Shown: in pieces, positions 52,601 through 64,000 of the stretch
Numbering within the stretch: position 1 is the first letter of the stretch
How the letters are laid out: each line of letters starts with the position of its first letter
NCBI RefSeq assembly: GCF_000150275.1
Contig: NW_002060943.1
Location: forward strand, 4,360,008 to 4,424,007
Direction of reading: 5' to 3'
Length of the DNA stretch: 64,000 bases
DNA from: Trichoplax adhaerens
Lineage: Eukaryota; Animalia; Placozoa
The notes under the pieces: generated by a model
What the model saw: only the letters and a program-made list of their open reading frames with translations
What the model was told of the DNA's origin: nothing
Databases searched by the model: none
Made by a program: the position numbers and the translations under genes

Positions 52601-54572
52601 TGTTATACATAATTGATTGCCACTTTTCTTGAGTAGGCACGTTAATTGTTACGTCATGATTAGGATTGCATAGTGTATCTCATAGCAACACTCCTCAGAT
52701 AGCCATGTGATTTGTAAAGGTTGCCATGGAAAGGAGAGGCTGGATGAAATGGAGGGAATTATTAACCCCGATAAGGCCAGTTTGAGTTGAGTAACAGAAG
52801 TTTAATGTAATGCATTGTATTAATTGTATCGAAGTAGAATCGATGCAAGCATTTAATTATAATAGAATAAATTTGCTTGTATATGATGAAAGACAGTTTA
52901 ATCAATATTCTATTGTAAATGGCATATATAGATTTGATATTATGCCGCTCGTTCATTACTCTATTCTATAAGTATTAATATGTAGTTAGGATTTAGATTA
53001 CCTATTTTATTGTGCAATATTAATTAATTATTGTAGTATGTATTGTGTAGGCATTTTTCCATATATTCTATTCTCTACACTATTAAATATACAGTTATGG
53101 CGCATAGCGGGTTTTCTTCTATACAGATACCTTTTTCACTCGTTAGAAGGTTAAATTGAATTTTCATACAAGTTATTATAGATGCCTTTCCAACTTGATA
53201 TTGAACTATTGTTGACTGTACTAAACCATTCATTAAATTCATATAAGTTCTATTATCATCGCACTGATATTAATATGCAGGAAGGAAATTTAGAGATTCG
53301 CATTTTGGAGCTTAGGACTTAAGTGAGAGATTTTTTATGGGTCAATAAGTTGTCGCTGCTATTCCATAATCTTGCCTTCAATCACGTTATATCAAAACTT
53401 TCGACTTTATTCTAGCTTTCCAAGTAGCTCTTTTATTGGCAATCCTTAAGTCTTATTCTTTCAACGATTTGAGTCTTCCTTGGTGAGAAATTTTACGATG
53501 CATTGAAAATAGGAGTTTGGCTGCCATTCTTGCTTAGAAGGGGATAATTCAAGTCAATGATCAATGCTTTATCTAGTTATTCACCATACAACAACACTGT
53601 GGTCATACAGAAGAATTTAGCCAACAATTCCAGTCGAGTTACAAGAATTCTATTCTCTAATATTTGAAGATTAATCGATAGAACGATTATTACTACACTT
53701 GGCAAACTAATAATCCGATATTAATTGGATCCTTTCCTATCGACGAATTGCAATTGCTCGCCAAGACTGAAAGAAGAAACTTGGGAATTAGAACTGTGAT
53801 GATCAAATATTAACACACTGTGTTCATCTAAGAATTACTGGTCAATCCCATACTTGTTTATCAAACTCATCTTTACTCATCGATTATGTGGATCGTCTTA
53901 CTATCCAATGGATGCTCTCTCTTCTAATTATGACAAATTCACCTTATTAATCGACTAATGACGATAGAATATCCCAACTTATTTGTTGAAACTTATTCTA
54001 TGATATTGCATTTAAAGGATTGAAATTAAAGTTCAGTTTGAGTTGGTTTATTACTTGATTCTGCCGGTACTCTTGGCTGTATCATTTAGTAACCTCCTCT
54101 ATTTCAAGTTATTCATCGAATCGACCGTTCTACTTTCGTCGTTTACATGATATAACCCATTTTTGGTCTGATTCTTTCTTCTTAAGGTAATTGTAAATAT
54201 TTCTATCATTTTCAACGCGCCTTACATATTAATCGACAGTTTATTAAGCATCATTTCACAAATTATAATGAACATATTGTTAAATGCATTTCAGTTCTAT
54301 TTCTACTTAATTGTGCATAATTATTACATAATCAATATTCTAATTAGAAGTTTTTTTACTTTCCAACGTTCAATCTTCCTTCATAAATTTTCATTAAACT
54401 ATTATTGTAGTAAACAAGGCTTGAGAATTAATCAGTAGCAAAAGTGTTGGTGGTAACACTGGTTAACTGGTTGAACTGATATCCTCAGTTGATATCAAGA
54501 AATTGATAAAATTAGTTAATACTGGTTAAAGAAAGGATTATTGCCGACGAAAATCGAATTATTAGGTAAAAC

Positions 54573-57500
54573 ATGGATTGGGAAAAGTATGCTGGGACAT
54601 TTACAGCTGATTTGGATCATGCTGATATGGAAGAATTGCGCTCAGAGCGTACAATTCAACAAATTATTAAGGTAAGCCATTTTGAGCAGTCAATTCTTTA
54701 AATCAAAGCGTACAATTTGATTGTCATTTCTCTCAATTGTGCCCATAACAGACATTGAACAGATATTTGACATTCACTTTTGAGTACTAATTCTGCCTCT
54801 TGTTTGATGTCTTTTCACATGGATGCCAATAGAAATTGTCAATTCTATAATAGATTATGCAAGTGTAGTGTGATGTATAACTCCTTTATGCGACTATCAT
54901 AGTAGATAATGAGAGCCCGGATGATGATAGAAAATAGTTATTTGACTCAGATCCTGAATGAATTTCTTCAAATTTAAGATTACACTGTTGCAGCTGTTTA
55001 GACTACATTGTAACCGCAATAACGGAATCCAAATGAATATTGACCTATGCAGTGAAATGATCTTCAGTTAGAGACTTTTAGGTTAAGATTTTCGCGAGGA
55101 AATTTCCTACTATTACCATCTTGAAAGCTTGATCAAATACTTCTCTCTATTATCACTCACATCTGTATGAATCTTTGATTCGAAAGTAGTAATCCATCTT
55201 CAATCGATTATTGAATACTAAGATATATACAATAAATTTATTACTTTATCGATTCAGTCAATTATTCTTTATTCTTTTCTCCGTCAATTTATCGTCTATA
55301 GACTGCTGAAGAAATTGACAGTTTAACCGTGGATGAAAATTTAAATGATATTGAAAGGGCTCTTTTCTTACTCAGGTATAGTTTATCCTTTTGTGGTTTT
55401 GCTACCATCAAATGGGATGGTAGTACAGTGGCATACATACGTGCATATGATGATTTTAGTTTGAGTCATGTTATTTTGTAAAGATTTTTAAAGCGGATTT
55501 GGTTGGGATAATTGGTGGGTTTAATTCGGACATTCTTCACGATCTAGCAAAAAATGATGAATTAGTTTTGTTTCATAGCAAGAATACTTAATTATAAGAA
55601 CAAGAATTACGCCTATTTTCTTTTGATTTAATAGAGTTTTGTTTTCATTGGATTGTGTTAATTTTTGTTTTGCATAATTTCCTCTGCTTGAATATTTGTA
55701 CTTACGGCAAATCTTTGTCACAGACAAAAATTTAGAAAAAAATGACGCAGAAATTGATAAGTTAGACAATTTCTCCATCTTTTTCATTTGCATAAGTCAT
55801 AACATGATTGTAACCAACTCTATCATGGTATATGACTTTGTAATAGCTGGATCTTAATTTGAAATGGCATTTAGTTTACTTGGCAATTGTAAAATAATTT
55901 TGAAACATTTTTAAACTCTCGATCACGAGTAATCTCTATTACAGACTATTAGCACAAGGTATATCCAGGCTATTATTTCAAATGGCCTCAAAAGAGTTCG
56001 CCAGCAATATTTTTAGAGCCATCCATTAGTAACTAGATTCACATAACTGTTGTTTGGGATATTAAGATGTGGGGACTAGCTGCAAATCAGTTTATGTTTT
56101 CCTCGTATTGGAGCCCTTTTGAACCATGAAATTATTCAGTGTTCAGATGTAGAAAATTGCAGCATGCTTGATAGATTAGATATCACGACTCATTAATTCA
56201 ACGATAATCTTCAATGGACGGATTAAATTTTATTATTTGCGAGTACAACACCATATTTTGATTAAGTTTAAAAATTAAAACAGGCTAGCAGTAGGTGGAG
56301 TTTATGTTCCAATTATTGATCAATGATTTTACTAGTAGTAGAAATTGACTAAACGCTTTAATATTCATAACGTAAGATTAATCGATCTACCTAAAGCCAA
56401 GATAATTTAGGAATCGATTTTTCATTTCACTAATTTTAGTCATGGCTGAAATGGATTAAACGCTTTTTGTCATAATGCAAGATTAATCGATCTACCCAAA
56501 GCCAAGATAATTTAAGAATCGATATTCCATTTCTTTAATTTTAATAATAGTAGAAATGGATTAATTGCTTTTATTAGTCTTAATGCAAGGTGATCGATCC
56601 ACTCAAAAATCCGATACTTTAGAAATCGATTTTCTATTTCACTGACTTTAGAAATAGTAGAAACGGATTAAATACTTTATTATTCATAATGCAAGATCAA
56701 TCGATCTACTTAAAGCCCAGATAATTTAAGTATCGATATTCTATTTCACTGCTTTAGCCATAATCCTAGTAGCGAGAATATTTATTGAAGATAGCTCTAC
56801 TTTTTCAGCATATGTACGCTATTAAAGGTTATGAATCTGTTTAATTTCGTTAACTTATAGCCTTACTCGTTTCATCAATAACTATATACGGTAGTTTAAC
56901 TGAAATTTCTCATCTTTTGAGGTTGCCGCAATAACTATTTTTCAAGTTATTACCTCATTGTAGGCTCTCCGCTTCGTGCTAATGTTACGCTCTAATTTAA
57001 ATTATACTAACTAATGGGTGAAATAGATCCATTTGCTACTGGGGAAATACCATAGTGTGAAGCACACCAACCTTAGTTGTCACCACTGTATTACAAAGTC
57101 CTCGTAGTTGGTACCCATATTTACTTTCATTCCATAACGACCCAGTAGAGCATCTTAATCATTCCTCTATGTACTCGTAGTTTATTCCGGTCTTTAATTG
57201 ATGGAATATTATCTTCAAAAGATTATCCTACGACTACAAAATGAAGTAACTATAGAGCATAGACAAATTCAGATGTGACCTTAATAATATCCTGTAGTAA
57301 AGTCAATTCTCTAGGGTCTTCACTATATCAAACTAAGTGGATTTAAAACTCGAATTAAGCTTTATTACCATAAATCCAACCGTAACTGTATTTACAACAG
57401 ACTATGAACAAGAAGACTCTCGATTTACTCATTGCATTGGCTTATAAATCCTAGCGCATGATCTATTTAGTAATGGTAGTAAAATTATTACGCTTCCACG

Positions 57501-60500
57501 CGCTAAGCACGGGCACTGAATTACTATATTTTGCCGGGTCGCGAGCAACTAATCTCGTTAAACTACGCAAGTATTACAGCCTACGGTAGTGCATATTAGT
57601 AATTCCATACTTAATTAAGAATTTAACTCAAGTACTAAACTCACGGCTCTACATATCCGAATTTTGTAGCAGCGCTCAATAGCATTTCTTAAGAGCTTTT
57701 ATAGCCAAAATTAGATCAAGTAATTGTCAGTATTCTGATTTTGTGGTACGATAGGCTATTACATGAGTGTCTTTACGCAATGAGAAATTTTATAATTAAG
57801 AACGGTAAATAGTTTATTCCATCGACGATGTTTGGAATAAAGTATCTTCAAGAATAATGAAATAGAAGCATTGCCCAATTCTGATTCGAATTCCCTCTTT
57901 ATAGTGATAAATACTTGTACATTCTTACCATCTATTCTATAAATAAGATCTATTTTAGGCCTATACAGTCGTATAAATTCTGATTAATAAATTTTGACAC
58001 AGTGAGAACAATCTTTCGATCTCAAGATTATTATGATCCTATCAATATTTGCACGAGTAAAACATGAGGGTTTATCTCGAGTGCAATTCGATTGTAAAGA
58101 ATTCGGAGAATATTTTAATAAATTGAATTATAATTTTGGATACAAGATTGTTCACATGGTTGACTTCAACTTTTATGGGCAATTAACTTGAAATGATACA
58201 ATATGGCCATTTCATCACCACAAAGGGAAATTGACACTGCAGCTTTATTCTTTACTGTCTCCAATGGCTGCCTAATTGTCAACTCTGGAGCCCTTCCTGA
58301 AACTGCAATTCAGATTCCTGATCCGTTTTTTGTAATAGATGTTTGATAGAATGGAAAGTTTCAATAGCATAGTCACACTTACCTTTCGACATATTAAGTC
58401 GAATGTATTGGCACGACAGCTATAGTATTATTTTATCATGGTAGCATCGGCGAATTAATAACTAAACTTTTAGTTGGATTAGGTCATGAAAGGGAATACA
58501 GTGTCCGATGTAGCTAAAACTCAACTTTACAGCAGAAATTATGTATATTGACAAATCAAAGTAAATGATGTCTTTGCGACCTGAAAGAACAGTGACAGCT
58601 TTGATCGACTCTCATTATGGTATAGAAATAAGTTTTTAAGCGCTCGTCCTTATTGTTATTTAATAAACATTACTTTACGGAAAAATTGCAACCGATATAT
58701 CCATTATTGACCCTATTTATCGGTAAGTTAGCAAGGAAAGTGATGTACTTTTAGTATTGGCGTAGTGAGCATCTATAATCTAATGATTCATTAGATATCC
58801 CAAAATCCACCTAGAAGAAAACTATCAAGGTTTAATTTATCACTGTAACGGAAGTACCTTTATAAACATATAAAAATAATAAACGAAAAAGGACACATAA
58901 TATGTTGGATTGATTCTTCTCTATTTGAAGAATCATCTAGGCCTTATTCGATAGCCCCTTGATTCCAATTGCACCTGTGAAGTGTAATCGTGGAATATAC
59001 GACTTACGATAGTAAAATTATGTAGGGAATTTAACTCACTACGCGATGGGTTTCGAATAGTGATATGACAGAGCCTCTATCGTCATAGAGGATGATGATC
59101 AAAATGATAGTAGTTTGTCCTCATGCCTATGTCTTATTGATGCTAAATTACTGCAATTTTATTAATAAATTGATATCGAAAATGATTTACTATACTACTG
59201 ATATATAAGCCGTAATTCTGTACATTCTGTTATTTTGTTTAATGCCTGAGTAGCCATTTGAAGGAAAACTACCAAGATTTAAATTATCGCTGTTATTAAA
59301 GGACTTTGATTGAGTTTTAGAAATTTAATTAAAAAGCTGATAGACTATCTGCTAGACTGCTTTTACTCGATTTGAAGGATCATCAAGTCTTTAATTGATA
59401 AGTTCTAAATTTAAATTGTCCTTATAAAGACGAGCGCGGAAGGTAATGCGATGCTAAGATTCATTGGAGAAGTTTAGACTATCCACATGAATGAGTTATA
59501 GCCATGTGTCTCGAATAGTGATAGGACTGTACTATAGCCAATTTCATCACAAAATTGGATGATGAAGCACTCGTATATCATAATCTCTATGTTCCTTTAA
59601 CACGGAAAATATTTTAACCATTAGGCACTAGACAGAGATCGTTCCTTTTCCTTTATGTAAAACCATGAAGCAGTTTTAGAGGATATTCTCGAATTAATTA
59701 TTCTGACTCGTTGCGATAGATAAATAAGTGTGGAATAAAGATTAAAGTTCTATTTACTGCTAGTGTATTCTTTCAGTTTGGCTAGGCTTTATATCTATTT
59801 CAATAGTCTACTCCAAAAACTCTCCTACTATTCAGTAATCAAATCAATTGATGCCAATTGTTTTATTTTGGGGGCTGCTATTGTTAACCCGGAGTTTAAA
59901 ATGGCATCCTTAATCGTTTAGTACCTGTTAAATCCGTCATTTATGTTTCTGTCGTATAGAAGCTGTCCACTCTTTACAATTGCAAATTACGAATTGGATT
60001 GTTTCTTGTCGTCAACTTTGATCCTTGCCATTGTTTGTTAGAAAAGCTCTTTAGATTTAAAAAATGAATTCAAGTTGTCATTGAATTTTTTGTTTTTCAC
60101 TGACGACTGTGATTGTAAAAGCTTCGGGATAGGGCTAACAAAGGGAGTTGCCATTTGTATATTACTGTAATCCTATCTTTTCCAAAAATTTAGACCATAC
60201 TTTAGACGATATACCAGATATATCTGCTTTATATCATAGATAAAGAATTAGAGAAAGATCGTCTGATGAGTAATCATTGCATTAATGAATAACTATTCTT
60301 GACCCATCGCATAGCAGCTTGAAAAGCGATCAGATTTTATAGTGACTTAAAATTAATGTAAAAATCGGGAAAACTGTAACATTTCCTCGCCAAGTTCTGT
60401 CTAAAATTGTAGCCATAGTCTATACAAATTATACATTATCAGCAATATTAATATTTTAATTCTTCACAATATTTGAACTGCTAAAGCTATATTAGACGAT

Positions 60501-63500
60501 CCATGCATTAATTACAATTCTTGCATATCGTTTCGTGTTACTGAATGTTAAAGTCTAATTACCAATAATTTTGACGTGATTTTCCATAACGAAAAGGTTA
60601 TCTAACATAGTAACAGAATCAATATAGAGTTAAGCGAAACCAAACGATAAAAACTATATTATTTTACATTTTAATTTATATGTAACGAGAATTTTTCTAT
60701 TTGATATAAATAGTTCCAACCAAGATATTCAACGTGAAAGCGTCATCAATACTTTAATAAAGCTGCTAAAATGCCATCAAAAGGAAACTTTAAAATGCAT
60801 AGTGCCGAAGCTTCAAGTAAGTTGCTAGTTTAGTACCATCATACTGCCATGGATTAATGTGACAACGAATATGGTACTTATTGATAGTTTCACAGTTAAA
60901 CTAATGTCTATATCTTATGTATATACGTAAGAAATTTATGCTAAATCTACAAAATATTGTAGCTTTAACCTCTTAAGATTAAATTTATTAATATATCAAC
61001 ATCTGCGTATATCTTAATTGATAATATCGCAACAAAATTGTACGCATTAATTGGTATTATGACCCACTTTTACAGGAAATTTTACCACTTGAGCCAAATC
61101 ATGTTCATACGTTAGCATCATCTGTCTTTCAAAGTATTGGTCGTTTAGGCATAGTTAACGCAGATACATTTGCTCAACATTTCTTTCCTATTATTCAAGC
61201 TAATACTGATCACAAAGATAGCAGTAAGTAAACTAAATATTTAGTTATATAATCCTATAAACTATCAGCTCAATTTATAGACTTGCATTGTAGATTAGAG
61301 TAGAGTACTGAAATTTTTAGGATGAGAAATTCTTATTTATATCTCTGTTATAACATCCTATAGGTGTTGCTAGCATATGGTTTGATAACTTAGTTTTTAG
61401 TATAACCATCATTCCTCGCCATCAACTCCAGGAAAGGGTAAACTGAAATGAAAGCAAAGAAATTATGGAAATATCTAATTAAGAGCACAACTATGTCTCT
61501 TTTAAATAATTTCATTAGCAGTTTCTAGCCTAAGTATTTGTTCTACATCTGTATTTAGGTTTTACCCATGCTTATTGATAAAGCAAAGCTTTCCCAATCG
61601 GTAGCTTCGCGGCTATCCAGTTGCTTATTATCCGGTAGCTTAGCTCGACGATTTGATTCAGAATGGTAACTAAACAGCTCAAATATTAGTCGATCTTCGA
61701 ATTTGATATAATCAATTCACATTATTATTTGCTATTTTAATATGCTATTAATTCCATGCAAAACGTTCCAATTCCTAGGATCAATAAAAATATAATCCCT
61801 ATAGTAAAAAGTTTATGTCAAGACGTAGATTATGAAGTACGCGGAAGAATGTGTGCTAATTTACCTCCAATTATTCAATCATTAAAGTAAGCCCATGATT
61901 AGATAACTTAACATTTGATTTAAGCTATTTTAATATATAAAATTGAGTAATCATCTGTTATACATTCTTGGCACTATGATTTGCAATATACCAAAGATAT
62001 ATAGAAAACACATTCGTTTCTACTGCGGGCAGCATTTTATAATTTCAAAGTAACAATGTTTTTAGCTATGAGAACAGTCTTCTTTTATTCTCTTACGACA
62101 ATGTCATTATAGCACAGCAGATATTAAGCGATTTATCCTACCCGAATTAATTGAACTACTAAATGATGAAGAAAGCAGCGTGAGAATAGCAAGCTTAGCT
62201 TGCATAGCGGAAGCTGTAGATCCTCAAGATGCAGGTATTTATACATATTAGTCGATAATCTTATATTACAACTTCTTACTTTTAGTAATACATCTAAAAT
62301 TTTATTCGCTATTGCTCCATTTGTATTTCTTTCAATATGACGTTAAATCATCTCCCTAATTATAATAAATTGCAGTTATTCCTTGATATTCACTTTCTAT
62401 CTCATCTATAGAAATGATTTGCGTTAGCTACTCATTTAGCTATTGTGATCAGAGTTTCGCAGATATTTTGAACTGTCATGAAAGGAACCTTAATTTATTT
62501 CGATGATACATATTTCTGAGTTTTTTGATAGCTTTTGCATTATGTTTATAATAACTGTTAGTTAATCTTAAAATACAGAGCGAATTAAATTTGTAGTAAA
62601 ATTTTTAATTATAATTATTTTGTCTTTATCCTCTATACCAGCAACCAAGGAAAAAATTTATCCTACTATAAAACATTTATGCGAGTTAGCAGTTGATAAA
62701 CAAGATAATTCATTAACAGTAATTTCAAGATGTTATGGTAAACTTTGCATAGGATTGGATGGTAAGTTTTTATCAAGTTTTATCACCATCTTGTAGCAAA
62801 TACGTAAAAGTCAAGGATACTATTTTCTTATGAGTAAAGACATATCCTATAAAATTTCTGAAAATTATTTTCCAGACGGCTAAATTAGCGACTTTAAAGT
62901 TAATACATCATACAGTAGAAGAAGATACTACACATTGCATTGGTGAACTTAAAACGCCAGTGTGCCTTGTAATCGATTATTTTACATACGTTACGCTTTG
63001 GCTAATTTGAGTAATTGACAACGATAATATAGATGCTACATTAACAGATTACGGAAGTATCATGAAGGGAACGGTCATTATATTAAATTATTTCCTATTG
63101 CAGTTATGATCTCATTATATGTACGATACAGTTTAAGTACTTACAATTAATTGACAAAGAACGTTTATCATTAGTAGCATCTGTAAAATTGAAATAATGT
63201 TTACATTTTTTGCCTTGCATATGCTAGAGTAGGATAATAAGTTCAAGCTTTAATTATGATAGACTTTATTGCTAAATATAAGATCGTTCATTTTATTGTT
63301 TTATTCAAATTTCGCCTAGCAAATCTAACTAAAGATGAAAAAGAATGGTTGAAGTCGTTTTATGCTAAGATGTCAACATTAGGTCTTGGGCCATCCGATA
63401 AAGTAAAAACTCCAGTATCAAACTCTTTATTAAATTCAAATACTTTGAAGCAAACCTCACATGGTGTCAGCCAAGACTGTAGAATCAACTGTGCTTATAA

Positions 63501-63921
63501 TTTTCCAGTAAGTCTCGAAACGCATATATATTAATTAGATTGAAATACCGTAGGCTTAATGAGATGATATCGTTCTATTCTCAATGATACTAAAATAGCT
63601 TAATATTTATTAATTTTCCTTGCGATTAATGCCATTAATATCTGTTATTCAGGCCCTGACTGTATTTGTCAATGCTGCGGCGTTTCAATCTAATTTAGCT
63701 AAAATTTTGAAGCAATTTTGTTCCGATCCGTGCTCAACTGTCAGAAAGACGATTGCATGCAGCTTTCACGAGGTAGTGAATTAGTTTTTAATCTTTCATG
63801 AGAGTCATCCACGCTAATAAGACAACATTATGCCTAAATTTAGGTTGCCAAGATATTAGAAGATGAAGCATCATCACTTTATTATAATTTGGTAGAGTTA
63901 TTACAAGACCAGGACACTGAG
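54573..63921 (+). CDS. PPP4R4: Protein phosphatase 4 regulatory subunit 4 (HEAT-repeat), 5' part; 12 exons in the window, continues past the end
   Basis: Exons 54573-54671, 55302-55375, 60714 onward give ...IK|TAEEIDSLTVDENLNDIERALFLLS|SNQDIQRESVI..., KAKLSQSVASR, IVKSLCQDVDYEVR, LPELIELLNDEESSVR, DCRINCAYNFP and VRKTIACSFHE|VAKIL, closely matching PPP4R4. Intron 2 is 5.3 kb. Confidence 0.93.
56333..56757 (+). repeat. Tandem array, 4 units of ~106 bp, in PPP4R4 intron 2
   Basis: The core ATCGATCTAC..AAAGCC.AGATAATTTA.GAATCGAT recurs at ~56380, 56486, 56592 and 56699. Confidence 0.88.
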
Positions 63922-64000
63922 GTATAGTTTGTAATTGATTGAAGGAGGATTATCAATGATCTCCAAGACGATATATTATCCATCTGCTGCTACAGTATAC

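Noticed and set aside
60203-60240. Hammerhead ribozyme (CTGATGAG...GAA)
   Set aside because: Lacks the CGAAA core and a stem III/UH cleavage site.

Overview
AT-rich eukaryotic DNA with many short GT-AG introns, from an animal. Composition and gene architecture suggest a compact early-branching genome such as a placozoan, but that is inference. Five spliced protein genes can be rebuilt by hand, which the ORF track only catches in fragments: an Msxlx-like ANTP/NKL homeobox gene (-), a three-coding-exon globin with a probable N-myristoylation start and a GC-AG first coding intron (+), an IRF1-group interferon regulatory factor (+), XRN2 (~38 exons, +), and the 5' part of PPP4R4 (+, runs off the window). 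Non-genic structure includes two solo LTRs of one family, each with its own 5-bp target-site duplication, lying in inverted orientation on either side of the globin. There is also a 45-bp minisatellite with higher-order structure and Tc1/mariner-footprint-like 5-bp insertions, plus two degenerate tandem arrays. The best novelty candidates are an unrecognised ~308-nt strongly and strand-specifically folded RNA ending in T6 (37991-38298, -), a spliced 57-aa membrane microprotein, a pair of intronic motifs with co-varying hairpins, and a dense field of TACAGTA/TACTGTA footprints. All folds, alignments and gene models were made by eye and need computational confirmation.
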